This document shows positions 49,862-64,000 of a stretch of 64,000 nucleotides of DNA, piece by piece; the first letter of the stretch is position 1; each line of letters begins with the position of its first letter. Below the pieces are notes generated by a model. The model saw nothing but the letters and a program-made list of their open reading frames with translations, did not search any database and was not told the DNA's origin. A program made the position numbers and the translations under genes. The DNA lies in contig JAAILG010000043.1 in NCBI GenBank assembly GCA_012026655.1, forward strand, positions 1 through 64,000. The letters are read 5' to 3'. This DNA comes from Hydrolagus affinis (lineage: Eukaryota).

Positions 49862-50695
49862 AACAATAATAATAATCCTTTGATATTTGATATAACGCCT
49901 CTTTACATCTTCTTGACGAATATGCTGTAAACCAAATTAACTGTTTTGTGGGGAAAACATAGCAGCAAATTGCACACAGCACTGTCCCACAAATAGTCGT
50001 GGATTAAGGACTGAATTTTTAAAAAGTAATTATTACCCCTGGAAAAGCAATCCGCCAATCGATTAAGAACCATGTTCCTATGTACAACAACAAAACTACA
50101 TTTATAGAACGCCTTTTGCATCTGAAGGAAGTCCAAGGCACTGAACAGTCAGGTCGGGACCCATAGAGGGGGAGGGTAGGGGGGAGGGGCAGGCGTGAGT
50201 TAGGAGGGGAGGGAGAGGGTTGGAAGGGCAGCAGAAGGCATGATCGAAGAGGAGGGTCTTGACACCGGCCTTGAATGAGGCAAGGGAGGAAGTGAGACAA
50301 AGGGACTGTGGGATGGAGTTCCAGAGTGACGGGGCAGGGAGGCTGAAAGCCCGTCTGCTGATGGTAGGGCTGGTCGGGCGGGGTACATGTAGCAGACTGG
50401 AGCCTGCTGAATGGAGGGGGTGGGCAGGTTCATAGGGGTACAACACGTTGGAGAGATAGGAGGAGGCAAAGCCATGCATGGGCTTGAAAGTGAGGATGAA
50501 ATCGATCCTCTGGGGGATGGGGAGCCAATGGAGCCAGGCAAAGGTGGGAGTGATGCGATCATGGAACTTACTGCAACGTAAACAGAAGCGTGTGGAGTAA
50601 GGAAACCTGCCCATCATTTCACTCTGTCAGGAATCAAATCTTCTCCTCTCACTTGAGAGGTGATTTCTCTAACCACTAACCTACAGGACTCCACA
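49862..50695 (-). mobile_element. Long-variant SINE split by an L2 insertion (L2 at about 50085-50563, minus strand)
   Basis: SINE 3' half at 49862-50080 and 5' half at 50570-50695; the interval encodes DRITPTFAWLHWLP with a (GTT)n-type tail. Confidence 0.85.
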
Positions 50696-51246
50696 AGAGC
50701 ATGTTGTTTGACTGCAGGGCACGTTAATGCATTTAATGGAACAAAGGAACACACAATCTCAAAATAATTATCATATCCCTTACCTAATTTCTCTTCTCCC
50801 CACCTCCCACATCCCACCCACCCCCCCCAAGTTGTCCGAGGTCCAGGATTGTTTAGTATATTGGGACTAGGCAGATGGAGCACAACAGTTCTTGTATGTT
50901 CCTCTGTTGGTGTGATACTCAAATTAGTCTGACAATCTGACACCCACCAATGGCATCATGCGTGAACAAAGGTTGCCAGTTTTCTGGCAAGGGTTAAAAT
51001 GTTGGCACTGGGCTTTTATAACTGTTAGGGAAACAATTGAATTCATCAATTGTTGGGTGGATCAAATTGTGCATCTCTGTTTTACATCAGGCTTGGTGCT
51101 ATCAACAATGGGATGGATAGTTTGTCAAACCCATCGAGAGGATAGAGATTTCATCTTACCTTGAATGTCATCAGGAGGAATGCATGATAGTGAGGTTTGG
51201 GGTTTGCAAAAGAATGACTTTCACATCCAAAGAAAAACATTGGCAG

Positions 51247-51669
51247 CGGGGCTGGTGCTACCTTTAGGCGAACTAGGCGGTCACCTAGGGCGCCAACATT
51301 TTGGAGTTTACATTTGCCCTGGTTACAGAGCACTTATGGTTTGCGGCGTGCGGTGAAAATTACTGCTGTCGTCTGCTGGTGTATAGTGGCGGAAACGTGG
51401 GAGTTAGCAGTAAGTTGACCAAAGACTTAAATAAGTCTTAATATTTATTAATATTAATAAATATTAATACTTAATATTAATATTAATATTAATACTTAAA
51501 TAAAACAGAAGCATGTTTCATAAATAAATAAATGTATAACTATTACCATTACTTTCATTGGTAATTAATTACATGAATTTTTAGTATTAACATTAGCTTA
51601 TCAAAAGTTACTAGGGGGCGCACATCTGAAGGCTCGCCCAGGGCGCCAAATACCCTTGCGCCGTTCCTG
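51247..51669. mobile_element. hAT-type MITE (423 bp)
   Basis: Perfect 8-bp TSD ATTGGCAG (51239-51246 and 51670-51677); degenerate TIRs CGGGGCTGGTGCTA / CAGGAACGGCGCAA; repeated AGGGCGCC; AT-rich core. Confidence 0.8.
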
Positions 51670-52866
51670 ATTGGCAGTGCAGAATGGCACATGTAAGTCT
51701 AACAGAGAACAGTGGCTAGAGAGAGTTTCAAACTTTTAGGGAAATACATAGACATTTGTCAAATGGATAATTGATGACTCGAGTACACTGTGACTTGAAG
51801 GGCTTTTTATGCTAACCCTAACACTTACAATTGCTGTTACGCAACTACGCTCTGATTTCACAGGAAGCTTGTAAACCTAGCCAACAATAAATTCTTATGC
51901 TCTTGAGATTTCTGTGTTCTTTACATACAGTACTACCAAACCATTTATAAAGAGGCTATCATGGCATAGACTGGAGGAAACGTATTGTAAATTAAATGGT
52001 ATGTTTATTTAGTCATGTAAAACAATTGGTAAGTGTAGACAATAAGAACTGCAAAAAAATTGCAAAAAGTTATCGGTCAGCATAGGACCCAATGCTTCTG
52101 AATGATTCTTTCTTGATCTTTAATAGTTATTTCTCCTTTTCTGCATCTGATGTGATAATCTCTAAAAATCCCAATACTTTATCAAGAAGTAATGAGAAGA
52201 TTGTTAGTTTTAGCAATTAGCACATGATAGCTGCCCTTATGATGACTATTTTCTGGTTTTGTTGAGGTCAGTGGAGCACCATAGGGGACGTTCAAACTGC
52301 AGCAGGACTGAATAAAGTGCATTCCAGCCTTTCAAAGCAATTTCTGATACTATGTGAGAGACATAAACTGCAAACATAAGTACAGTGTAATATCCTCTGT
52401 CTACGGTATGCATACACAATGTGAAGATTGATGCCTTTAGGCTAATGCACATTTTCCAACAAGACAGCTCAATCCTATTTGATAGAAAATATCTTTTATA
52501 GGGTATAAACCAAGTTCTCTCCCATCAAGCCTATCATCACCATAAACTGGTTGGTATTTGCTACAGTGTTTTGCTTTAACCTCTCAACTCCCACAAAAGT
52601 GTTACATATTTTATCAAATGTTCTAGTTCCAGCATTAATTAAAATATTACACCCATTGGTTTCTAAGCTTATCTATTCCTCCAGTGGTTGGGATCAAATA
52701 GCTGCAGAAGCATATTTTGCATTGATGTTTTTTCCTTGTGATCCATCTTTCATTAACTGCACAAAATGGCTATATGTGTACCCATACAGGTAGTCTTTCA
52801 TGGCCAGTGGTTTTCAATAGAAACAATAATGGCATTGGCAACTAATGTTGGATAGCACTGTTTTGA

Positions 52867-53245
52867 ACAACAACAACTTTGACTTATATAGCTCCCTCCA
52901 CGCCAGACAGCGACTCAGAGTGCTTCACATTAATGGATCTCAGGTGCGAGCCAGGGGCAGGAGGAGAAAGGTGACTGAAGACGCGGTTGAAGAGAAAGGT
53001 CTTTAGCTGAGACCTGAAACTGGGAAGAGAGGGTGAGAGGCAAAGGAAGTGAGGAAGGCAGTTCCAGAGCCTCGGGGTATAGTTGCTGAAGGCACGGCTG
53101 CCGATGGTGGTGCGGAGGATTCGGGGGACAAGGAGACGGCCAGACCCGGTGAAGAGAAGGCAACGGGTGCTGGTTTGAGGAGGTAGGAGAGGTAGGGGTT
53201 GCAGAGGAGTGGAGGGATTTGAAAACAAGGGTGAGGATCTGAACT
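52867..53245 (-). mobile_element. L2 3' fragment; isolated L2 tails also near 3625-3700, 6105-6182, 30160-30222, 33570-33627, 36300-36345, 56445-56492 and 58755-58803
   Basis: GSRAFSNYTPRLWNCLP...FRSQLKTFLF; tail GGCGTGGAGGGAGCTATATAAGTC...(GTT)n. Confidence 0.88.
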
Positions 53246-55104
53246 CTTGAAGATGAAAAACTCATGGATATGGCAAAAGGATAAATACTGTATTCTCAAG
53301 AAACCTCTATTATCATGTGAGGAGCACAGCATTGTTGGAGGTGCCATCTTTCAGATGAAAAGTTAAAAACCAAGATCATCTGCTGTTCTAGCAGATATTT
53401 AAGAACTCGCTTCAAATGTATTTTCCGTGTATTTCAGATGGTGTTGAAGAGTCAAAGGCTACCTGATTTCAAAACACAAAGAAATGTTTTTGTTCAAATT
53501 GTACAATTTCATATTGCAATACAAATATTTGTTTCTATAATTGGCTTCAGAATAATAAATATGGTTGCATTGGATTAAGTAAAATAACTGGGAAGAGACC
53601 TAACTACCATTTAGTGGATATTAGTTGTCTTGTCGAATGCAATAGCCAGTCCATCTTGTTATCAAAGTGTGATTAAAATATATCAAATAATATTTACTCT
53701 AGTCAGAGATTATGGTAAATAAGAGTGCCATTTTATTTCTTAGAAATCTGGATGCATTCCAAATAAAGTTGACAAACTTTTATTCAGACAAAATGTCCAT
53801 AGATTTGAGTGATAGCTTGGGACTAATATGCTAGTTTTGTGTCTTAAACCCGTTTTTCCAGATGTTGGCACAAGAAACAATTGTTTTATTGTCACTGCAA
53901 GTAAATAGAAATAAAAGATCTAACTAACTTTCTGGTATTGAGCCAAACTTCCACCAACAATAAGCTGACTATTCACTCCAGAAACCAGAGCTTCCATTAC
54001 GCTTGGTTTTATTACAATGGAAACATGTTGATCTAGTTACAGCTATGTTGCACGCCCTACAAATCTTTTTAAAAAGTGAGCAATCTTCCTCCACACAAGG
54101 TGAAAAGTCAAACTTGTCAAAAGAGCAAAGAGAATTGTATAAAATCGCAAACAAACAATGCATGATTTGCATTTCAAATGTATTGATTGCAAAATGCAAC
54201 TGGCTTCTGGAGTTATGACTGCTGCTTCAGTTTCCTATACTGTGGCATGTCTTTTCTCTTTTCTCCCTATGCCATTTCTTCTGCTTTGACCATTGTTTAT
54301 ATGCACAGCATTATCACAGGATGTCCATTTATTAGTAATGTAACTGTTTGGACTACAGTTTCCTGGTTAATATTCGGTTTACTATTATTAAAGTCTGAAA
54401 GTATGTTACCAAAGTTATTTCAAGACTAAAGTCAAAGTATAAGATAGTATTATAACAAGGCTACATTATATATTAATTGCCTAATTTCCCTGGAATTTCT
54501 CAAAAGCTATCATTAATTCACAAAGGGGATGAATTGTTCTTTGTGGGAACAGTAAATACATTCAAATACTATATAATTAACCATCCACATTTCTACCTTA
54601 TCTACTGCAGCATGGCAGTACCTCAGACCATCTTAATGTAAATTAGATAAATTTAAGCTCATTCATCACCTTAACAGCCAGGAATTCACGATTTGATCTT
54701 GGCTAGCGAGTTTAATTCTCATTATCATGCTTCACACAGTGATGAATTATTGAGTTTGGTGATGTTTCAGCACTGAAAATTTGTAGTATAAATTGTGATT
54801 GAGCCAGCACAGACTGTACAGTGGTAATAATAGCAATAATATTTGCATATGATGCAGTGCCTTTCACATCAGTAAGACATCTCAAAGTACTTCACAGGAT
54901 TTACTGAAAAGTATAGCCACTGTATATTTTGTCAGCAAACACAGCAGCCAATTTACACATAGCAATGTCCCTCAAGCAGCCATAGAGAGAATTATCTGAG
55001 AGATTGTTGGCCGACACACGAGGAGAACTTGCTTTCTCTTGTTAAGCAGACCCACTCCTGACACTATTTGGAAAGATGGTTTCTTGTGAATTGTGCTAAA
55101 AACA

Positions 55105-55350
55105 AGGGTGGAACCGTGGGCAAATTTCATTATTCCACACGCCTGATAATAATCCCTCAAAAAAAGCAATAATAAATTGGTCATTTCAATCCATGACTAT
55201 TTGCGGGACACTCTTGTGTGCAATTGGCTGCCGCATTTCACCCACATATATATACAGTCAATTCACTTTACTGTGTATTCTGTGAAATGCTTTGAACTAT
55301 CTAGAATATGTGAAAAGCATTATATCAAATGCAAGGATTATTATTATTTA
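55105..55350 (+). mobile_element. Dominant SINE lacking its tRNA head; further tails near 645-765, 8720-8812, 10768-10857, 12810-12860, 19040-19119, 20888-20990, 25440-25495, 25862-25950, 28950-29058, 40355-40530, 44270-44387, 56320-56430 and 58030-58165
   Basis: Recurring TTCACTTTACAGTATATTCTGTGAAGCGCTTTGAGACGTC...CAAATGCAAGGATTATT. Confidence 0.8.
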
Positions 55351-58300
55351 TCATTATAAAACAGTATAAATACTGAACCAACATAAAATGCACCTGGCTC
55401 ACTCCCATAAGAATGTTCAAAAGTTCTTGCATGTTCAAATAAATCAGCAGGATATTCTTAAGTTTATTTTCAGGGGTTATCGAGAAACCAGTTTTGAGCC
55501 GAGTCCTTCGAGAACACTAAAATTATATAAAGAAATAGACACTGTTGGTTGTAAGGAAGAGAAATATCTTGACTTAAAAATTGGATTGCATGGGGTTAAA
55601 AAAAAAACAACATGAGGAAGATGTCATGAGGAAATAATGTTGAAGTCTTAGCTTCAGCAAACCATTGACCCCTGTAGATAATTTACAGCCTACGCTAGTT
55701 TATCACCAAACATCTTCTTCCTTGCAGTCCAGCAATGTAATGAGTCAGAGACACATATGGAGTCATCCGATGATCTTAACAGCTTAGATTCCAGTATCAC
55801 TATAATTAATACTCTACTTCTCAGAAGCTAACTCTTTGAAAGTCCCTGCTACAGATGTGATATGTTACTATAGTTTTACCGCACATACTGATCCATTTTG
55901 ATCAGGTGGTGAACAAACCATTGTGGCCTATTTGATTGGAGTGATATTTGGCAGTTATTTTCTATATTTTCTATTTTGGCCTTTTAAATCCATTCATTCT
56001 CAACATTTCTGCTTATGGGGAATTTTTTCCCCTGTATCTAGATGGCTAGTTACAATTTGCAAGAAAAAAAAAGCCTGTGTGAAAACCACACCAGATGGTA
56101 TCATGTTGTTGGCATTGCAATTTGGAAAGAGCATTGACTCCTTAAATATTTTCAAGCCATCCTAGGCAAGATAATGAGACTACAGCTGTAATAGGATCAG
56201 CAAAGTCGTGAGCAAGCAGCAGAAACAGAGTGGGAGGTATTAACTCCTACTTCGAATGTGACTAAAATAAGAAGTGTAGAAACATTTTGCATGTTCGAAT
56301 GACTATATATGAATACTTGCTAACTGGCTTTTTGGCCAACACGCAGTGTTTCATTGTCAAAAGTACAGTGAAGTGCTTTGAGCGTCTTCCCACTGTGAAA
56401 GGCACTTTACAAATGGGAATCATATTTTGTATATTCATTACTCCTGCATGCTGCCCTGCGTGGAGGGCACTATATAAATGCAAGTTGTTGTTGTATTTAC
56501 CACTGATTAGACGATGAAGAGTAGAATAATGATCAGAAGAACCATAAAACCAACATAGAATTGACATTGTGTGCTCCTCCAATGAAGCTATCTATCCTAA
56601 TCTCAATTTCCTGTTCTCCCTCCCTCCCCACCCACCCCACCCCCCCAGCCCCCTCCATCTTTCTGATACCATTCGTTTCACTTCCCCGTGAAGTAGTAAA
56701 TCTATGCTGATATTCAGCTGAAGTATTCCCAAAGTCTTAAAAAATATTGGGAACCGCTCAGTTACTTTTCTTTCAGAACCAGTTGTGTCATTTTGTGCCG
56801 CAATTATGTCACCTGGAAGCAATGCACTGAATTTCAAATAGATTTATGTTTTCACCCCGTATTTGGAAGCAGAGTCATGAAAACACTGCTTCTTTAATAC
56901 TGTGGTGAATTTGATACATCTTCACTGTCAGCTGCCAGATTGCCACAGAAACTATGAAAGCAGTACAATACTTCAAAACTGTTGCACCCAAAATATATTT
57001 TACACCAGCTGCTGTCAACCATGTAATGTAATACTGTACAAGGCTCTTGATTGGGTTGTGGCTTTCCGATTGCTTTCATGTATACATTAGTGTTTATATT
57101 GAAGAGAATGGCTTTCTCTACCTCGTGTTATACCCAACAGAAAGTCAACAACTGCATCCACCATAAGGAGAAGTTTACTATGAACGATGAAGTTTACTAT
57201 ATACAAAAAGAAACTTGTTGTCAGATTCTTTGCTTCAAATGGTTTCCAGGTCACGGCTGTAGATAATAACATTTACACACTCAGTAACATAAGCAGAAGG
57301 TCCAGTACATTATATAAATAGATAACAAATAGAAGGCAATGATTTAATATGACATGATTGTCTGGGAGTGATTTCAAAGGGAGTAATTCTATCTTGGTAT
57401 TCAAATGACATTTATAAACTGTTCAAACTTTGCTTCCATAGTTTATAATGTAACATGAGGCTATTGGTTAGCTTGTGGCTTTCTAATCACTTGTGTGTAT
57501 CCATTATTCTTTATCCTACAGGTAATATCTTTACACCGCATTATTTGAGGACTGCATTGTTTTGGGGACTGAGATGAATTTTAAAGATAGGCAGCATTTT
57601 AAAATGCAGAAGCAGGTACCCCTTACTGATGACAATGCAATAAACAATTAATGGAGCAAAGAGCATTGTTTCGGAGCTATAGATCCTCCACTCTACGAGG
57701 ATATTCTGAAATATGTTCTACATCGTTTGGAGAATCTTATTTCTGGTGTCATTAACAGAGTTGGGTTACAATAGATGAGCATTGTCACAAACTCAGTCAC
57801 GTGTAGATGTGAAAAAGAAGCAAAATCCATGCTAATTTTAATGGGTTGAATAAACTTGCTTTTTTTATTCCTCTATTTGATCTACAATGTTTTCAGTGAG
57901 CAAAAATTAGCCATTGTTCCAGTTCAGAGTAATTGTTCTGGTTTATTGGGCCTTTTTACACTGTGAGGCCTAATTTTCTTAATATAGCATACACTTAGAA
58001 GACACCTTCCCCAGTGTTAACTAATTTAATGGCTGTTTGTCGGAAATTGTTGCGTGAATATCAGATGTCTTGTTTGCCCACATCACTTTACAGTAAATCC
58101 TGTGAAGCGTTTTGAGACATCCTCCTGATATGAAAGGGGATATATCAAAAAAAAGGATTATTATTTACCTAAAGGTCCACATTATGAATGAGCAAATTAA
58201 TCAATAATATGCAGTAACAAGGATATACTTTGCAATCTAGAAAATTATATATACAGAGTTTCAATGCTATAGTGCTTTATGGCTATGTTCAATCAGGCTG

Positions 58301-60399
58301 CCGGTTTGTCTGCTTGTTCGTGTTGGTTGATCTGTTTCCAGTTATAACCACTAGGGGGTTGACATTTTATTCATCATTAGGTTTAACACAATAGCAATGA
58401 TTTATTAAAAGCTGCAGAATATAGATTTTTGGGGGCACAAATATAATCTTATTTCCTTTACAAACCACAGTAATTATTAGATATGAGGAGCAGAATGTAC
58501 TTCACTCTACTAATGGGGGAGGGCTACATTTTTCAACATGCAGGGTTCTGGATGAGGTGTTATCTGAACTTAGGTCCTATATGCTTGTTCAGGTAGATGT
58601 TAAGTCAAAATGAGTAACATTATGCTCAGGTCATAAAGCAAACAGCAGGGCAAGGAAAATAGATTTCTGTTTAACTCTAAGACACAATCCTCCCTAGTGG
58701 AGCTTTTTCCAGTTTATTATAAAATTAGGTTTACATCACTATTGTTCATAGCGCTCCGAAACGCTACCCAGCAAGAAGGGCACTATATAAATGCAAGTTG
58801 TTGCCTTTGTAAAGTATTTTGCTGATAATTCCATCAGCCATAACCTTCTCACATGTGCTACCTTAGCAAATGTGTCCTGAATATCTAGCAAAATTTCATG
58901 CATTCTACAGTCCTCATTCATAGTACTGTAGTTACTTCCTAAATAAATTCCAGCAGTTTAGTCGGGTTTGGTGAACTATTGTTTCAATGTCTATGGTGAC
59001 TACTTTCCATGGCATCTGAGTTCTGTAGATGAGTGTTTATATGGCGCTCACTCCATGTATTTTTCCAAGCATTTTCCCCACGGTCTGTAATTTCCAGGTT
59101 CGTGTCTCACTTCTATTTTGAATATTTGGATTGCATTTGTTCTCCTCCAATCCTCAGGTACAGCCTCAGTGTTTATGGAGCTCCTGCAAAATGTTACAAG
59201 GAGAATGTTCCAGAACTAATCGCAACGAAAAGCTTCCCTGTGGTTGAAGCACTAATGGAAATCAGCACTGAACCAGACTCCTCTGCTGACATTATTATAG
59301 AGCAGATTCTGCAATGATGCACACTACAGTATCACTGAAAGGAGCGAAGTGGTCACAAGAGTGGGTGGGTGTGGGGCTGGTGGGGGTGAGATGTATTTAA
59401 TGGATTTTTCAATGAGTAACAGTTTTAAGATTATACTTTTGAGAGGTCTCACAGGAGAAGTTCGAATGAAGAAGGCCCTTTGATCTCATCCTTCCTGAAT
59501 ACTTACCCTAACGTCCTCTCATCACATTACCAAGCTGTTTCTGAAATGAGTCAAGCATTCCAGCCTCAACCATCCTTCCTGCTGATCTATTCCATTGATT
59601 AATTACCCTTCGGGGAAATAAATACTTCTGGTGGCCTTCCTGAAATTGTGCTTTGCAACCTTAACCTGTGTATTCTTGTTCTGTTGCCTGGGTGAATCTG
59701 AAACTATCATTCTGGGTTTCCTTTCTTGATCCCATTTAAAATCTGAGATGTCTATTTTCAAGAGTGTTGGTCCCTAGGTTTGTCCAATCATTGCTCATAG
59801 CTTATTCCTCTAACGCTAGGGATCTTCCTCATTACTCTCCTCTGCCTTGTCTCGAGCTCCCTTATATCACAGGCAACTAGAATTATGCATGCTATTCCAG
59901 GTGCACCATACCTCTTGTGCATGATAAGTAAATAAACCATTACAATTAAAATTAAATGTTTTTTTTTAAAAATACCTTTTGGTCTTTGCACGAGTAGAAC
60001 AGATTAGGATGTTAGATAAATTAAATATGATGAACAGTTTGGATAGACTCTAGTTTGTTCGTTCTGTAATGAGGAGTTACCCTGACCCATTTAGATAAAC
60101 AGATCAGCACTTACACAGATCAGATTATTAAACTGTATGGAATACAAAGCCATTATTGTCTCCACAAAACAGGTTCTCGTAGAAATGAATCAAGATGAAT
60201 ATAAGGCGTTTTAAAACTATGTGTGTAAATAAGACATATTGTACACACAGGACATTATGGTGTGGATTTCTAAGTTGGGGTGGGGGTGGGGGGAACATGC
60301 ACTGTAGTGTACGCCAGGCTTTATGATAATGCCAGAGACATTGACATGTTTGAGTCATGGCTGACTGCCATGATAGGAAATTACATAGTGCCATATGCT

Positions 60400-60750
60400 A
60401 ACAGTGTGACAGCAATGAGGTGTGGGTCTGAGCTGAACAAATGTAAAGATGCCAGGTTCGATCCCTGTTAACTGACCTCAGCAGCGGCAGCCATTGGGTA
60501 GAACAATTGGGTGTTCCGCTGGCTCTGTTCAGGAAGGGGTTCAACAACAACATTATCTGCTCATGATCCCTGACCAATGCTAGAAACTGTGCAGGCAAAA
60601 TGAACATCTGTACATTCAGGACAGGAAAAGGTTAGGCTATGATATCCCCTATGCCAGCTTGCCAGCACTCGCAGTTATTCATTTGTAAATAACTATTCAA
60701 ACAAAGCATATATAATTACTGTTGCCGAAGGAAAGGGCAAATCCCAGAAA
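60400..60750 (+). mobile_element. Ancient tRNA-derived SINE, AmnSINE2-like
   Basis: B box CCAGGTTCGATCCC, then TTAACTGACCTCAGC...ACAATTGG...AGGACAGG...CTTGCCAGCACTC resembling the recalled consensus. Confidence 0.55.
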
Positions 60751-63700
60751 TAAAAATTATTTTAAGCAACCCCATCTCTCTCGGATTCTTCACGGGCAAA
60801 ATGATTGGGTTATCTTGGGATACTTAGTTACAGTATATTACTTCTTCTTCTTAATTACTTCTATATGCACTACACCATCGCTTCACTGACAGTAAGAACA
60901 AGCAAAACACCATATTTGAAAAAGCTTAGAGTCATGTTAGGTCAACTTGTCTTTTAAAATAATAAAAGATCATTGCTGTCATGTTTCTCTATACATCTAA
61001 AAACACTTGAATCACTGGTCATTAGCCTGGGCCAGTGTAAGGGAATTTAAAGTTGATTTCATTCATTTAACAACCCCTGAGTTCATTCAAACCATTCTAT
61101 TGTCTTCCATGCCCATCATCATTTAACTATTCGATCAAAAGCTCCATTTGTTTATTTGCTCCTTAGTTTGCAGTTTGCAGGGTTTTTTCAATCTCTGTTG
61201 AAAACAATCTGAATGAATGACTTTTCATTTCAGAAATGGTAGCTACATTGAAGAGCAACCCATTGATCAGCTTCAATAAACAATCCTAGCATTCATCACC
61301 TTTGCAGATGTAAGACAAGATGAGAAGATAGGAGTAACTTGGTTCAATTCTTAAGGTTCAGTTTACTAGACTTTCTAAAGTTTTCGAGCTAATCCCATAG
61401 AATTTAGATTTTCTGAAAAACCATGGAGTACTACATAGGCATCTTCAGAAGATGGAATGGTTAATTATGACCTTCTCATTTTAGTCTCAAAGATCTCCTG
61501 TGAGGTCAGACTGGAGTCTAATGACCCTGTATTTGCCTTCAGGGAACTATCAGTTTCAGCCATCAGGTGTTCAACAAACCTTTTCTCTTGTAAGTGAGAG
61601 AAAGATTGATTCCTTCTTACCACCTACTTTATAATCTGTCAAAGTGAAAGGTGGAATGAATGAAAGACTGAAGTATAATTTGAAATGGTACATAAGAAAG
61701 TCCAGTGTACGGATCTCATGAAAGTCCAAGTGGAGAGAATAATATCATTGATTTTAGACTGTTCTAATTTCTAATATAAATTTACTTTGTCTATGTGGGT
61801 TCAGTTATATATTTATATATAGAGTTAACGTAAACAGACATAACACAACTTTTATGCAAAGTATGAATATATGCCCCCCTTTTACTATATGAATGTCACC
61901 CTTTCTCCTTTTTAAAGTGGATTTACTGATGAAAAAGGAACAAAACTAACTTGATGTTAGTAAACTTTTCTAATATTGGATAAGTACCAGAAAATAATCA
62001 ATCCATTAACAAGCCTCCATTAACTAAGTAATTTCTTCACTGTCCGCATGCATGGTTCATCGACTAAAGTAAAATCGTTTTTTTTCAAAACATCACTGAA
62101 GTCCTTTTAACCTTTGACGAAAAGGTAGAATAAACAAACCCAGAATCCATGTTCTTTTTCAGTTTCTAAGAATCTCATTGAGCATGGGTGAATTGTCTAA
62201 AGTAGGCACTTGTGCTCATTGAGAAGAGATAATTCTTTTTGGTGCATGACTGGGCTGTTTAACTGCCCTGACATTCCATGTGACCACCCTGACCATCAAG
62301 TTGTGATGCACCTCTGCCACAAAAGAATGCTGCAAAGGGATGCATGGTAAATATCTATAATCCATGGCATTGTATTTGTGCATAGAATACGAGGGATACT
62401 GTTAAGCCCAAGATTGCCCCTTGAGGGGCTGTCTTTCTTCACCCACAATCTGTTACCGAAAGGGTAATACAATGCTATTTAAAATTTACGTAGGTCTTGC
62501 AACCCAGTCTGCTGTAACCACAATGCTAGGAAAAGCTAAAATCACATGTTCAGAGCCATGAAATTGGAATCAGACTAAAGAATATGATGAAATAATGACA
62601 CAACTTGTAAACAAAAATCATAAGTCCTATCCAATGGCCTCTAGATCTGCTGACATTGCGTTCGTCATGACTGAGACAGAATCCATATTAGCTTTTATAA
62701 GAAGGAAATAGATAAATATCTGAAAAGTAGAAATATAAAAGGGTGTGTGGGGGAAGAGAGCAGGATGTGGTTAAATGGATAACTCTTTCAGAGAGCGAGC
62801 ACAGGCATGGTGAGCCAAAGGTCCTCCTTCCCCATGTTGTCAATTTCTATGGTTCTGAATTTCTCATTAAAAGGGCACTATTTTTACTACTGATCTTTCA
62901 ATGTTCATCCAAGTACAGAAATATATTCCAGGGAAAGAGTTTTTTTTTAACTTTTAAAAATAATTAGACTAACCCAGTAAACTGTTCTCTTACCAGACAT
63001 ACAGGAATACTTGCTGTAAACAAACTGCCCTGCTTTATCCTGACTTGCTGAAAGCAGACAAATTCTACTCCCTTATCTACATATACACACACATACATGT
63101 GCTCAAAATTGTCATTTTGTTTACTAGAACACAATGTGCTGACATTGTAAAAGATTTATTTAGTTGCACATGAAAAGTTTCACTTGAAAGAAATCCTGGT
63201 TTTACTGTGACTGGCATCCTTGGCCATAAAGTAAATGCAAGACAATTTCTGTTGTTCAATGTACTGCATAAAGCCATTGATTCAACAAGGATCCCTGCAG
63301 CCACGAACAACATAGTCATGTTCCGTTTTCTTTAGATGAGATGCTGATAAACTTCCACAACGACACATAATCTTTCAGGTTTGCTTTCAACATTACAATT
63401 AGCCAGTGTATGAGCAGGGAGTCTGGGCCCACCCTGGAAGGAGAGTCCAAAGACAGAGAAGAAAGCTGAATCTATAAGCTCTTTATCTTTGCCCAACTCT
63501 CATGTTTATTAAATCAAATCATATTAAAAGACGTATTTGCTCTGATGTATTCAGTACAAAGATGGCTATATGTCATTTTTTTCTGCCTTTCACTCACATC
63601 AAAGACTGTTGCAGGTGAGTACACACACTGAAGTTCTGCCCCCTCCCTTTCCAGTTACTTTAATATAATTAGATCCACTCGTTCTGATGTCTTCAGGCAT

Positions 63701-64000
63701 GTTATTTTATTTTCAAACTTTCCTCTTATGAATAGCTCTTGACATTTTGACAATGTCCTTCATACAGTGTACTGACATTTCAGGTTATTTTCAGAAATTC
63801 AGAATCAATCAACCAATAATCTGCTGGTGATGTAGTAAATTAAAAAGACTCATGAAGAATTAAACAGTGCCATTATTTGTTACCAAAGAAAATTGAAAAT
63901 TAGGGAATGAAATATCTGCAGTAGAGTTTTAGTGCAGGATTTGAAATACAATACAAAGGATTTATTCATTATTTTTAAAAAGCCATCTATGAGAGAATCT

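Noticed and set aside
25000-64000. CRISPR arrays, prokaryotic operons, ALDH1A3 exons
   Set aside because: The sequence is eukaryotic, the repeated units are dispersed SINEs, and I found no aldehyde dehydrogenase-like coding sequence.

Overview
Vertebrate genomic DNA. The repeat set (tRNA/Deu-type SINEs, L2, CR1, Penelope-like elements) points to a cartilaginous fish, possibly a chimaera; this taxon call is inference. The first 25 kb hold two head-to-head genes sharing a CpG-island promoter: LINS1 (minus strand, 6 coding exons, about 787 aa) and ASB7 (plus strand, 3 coding exons, 318 aa). The remaining 39 kb are repeat-rich with no recognisable conserved gene; in other vertebrates this is the ASB7-ALDH1A3 interval. 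Best leads: (1) a spliced three-exon 41-codon upstream ORF in the ASB7 leader whose stop ends 1 nt before the ASB7 ATG, suggesting a bicistronic microprotein or translational switch; (2) Penelope-like terminal repeats, one with an intact minimal hammerhead ribozyme core, plus a rearranged Penelope copy; (3) an orphan minus-strand exon encoding a prepropeptide-like ORF; (4) two hAT-type MITEs and several nested insertions. Repeat boundaries are approximate. Family names come from recalled consensus sequences, not from database searches.
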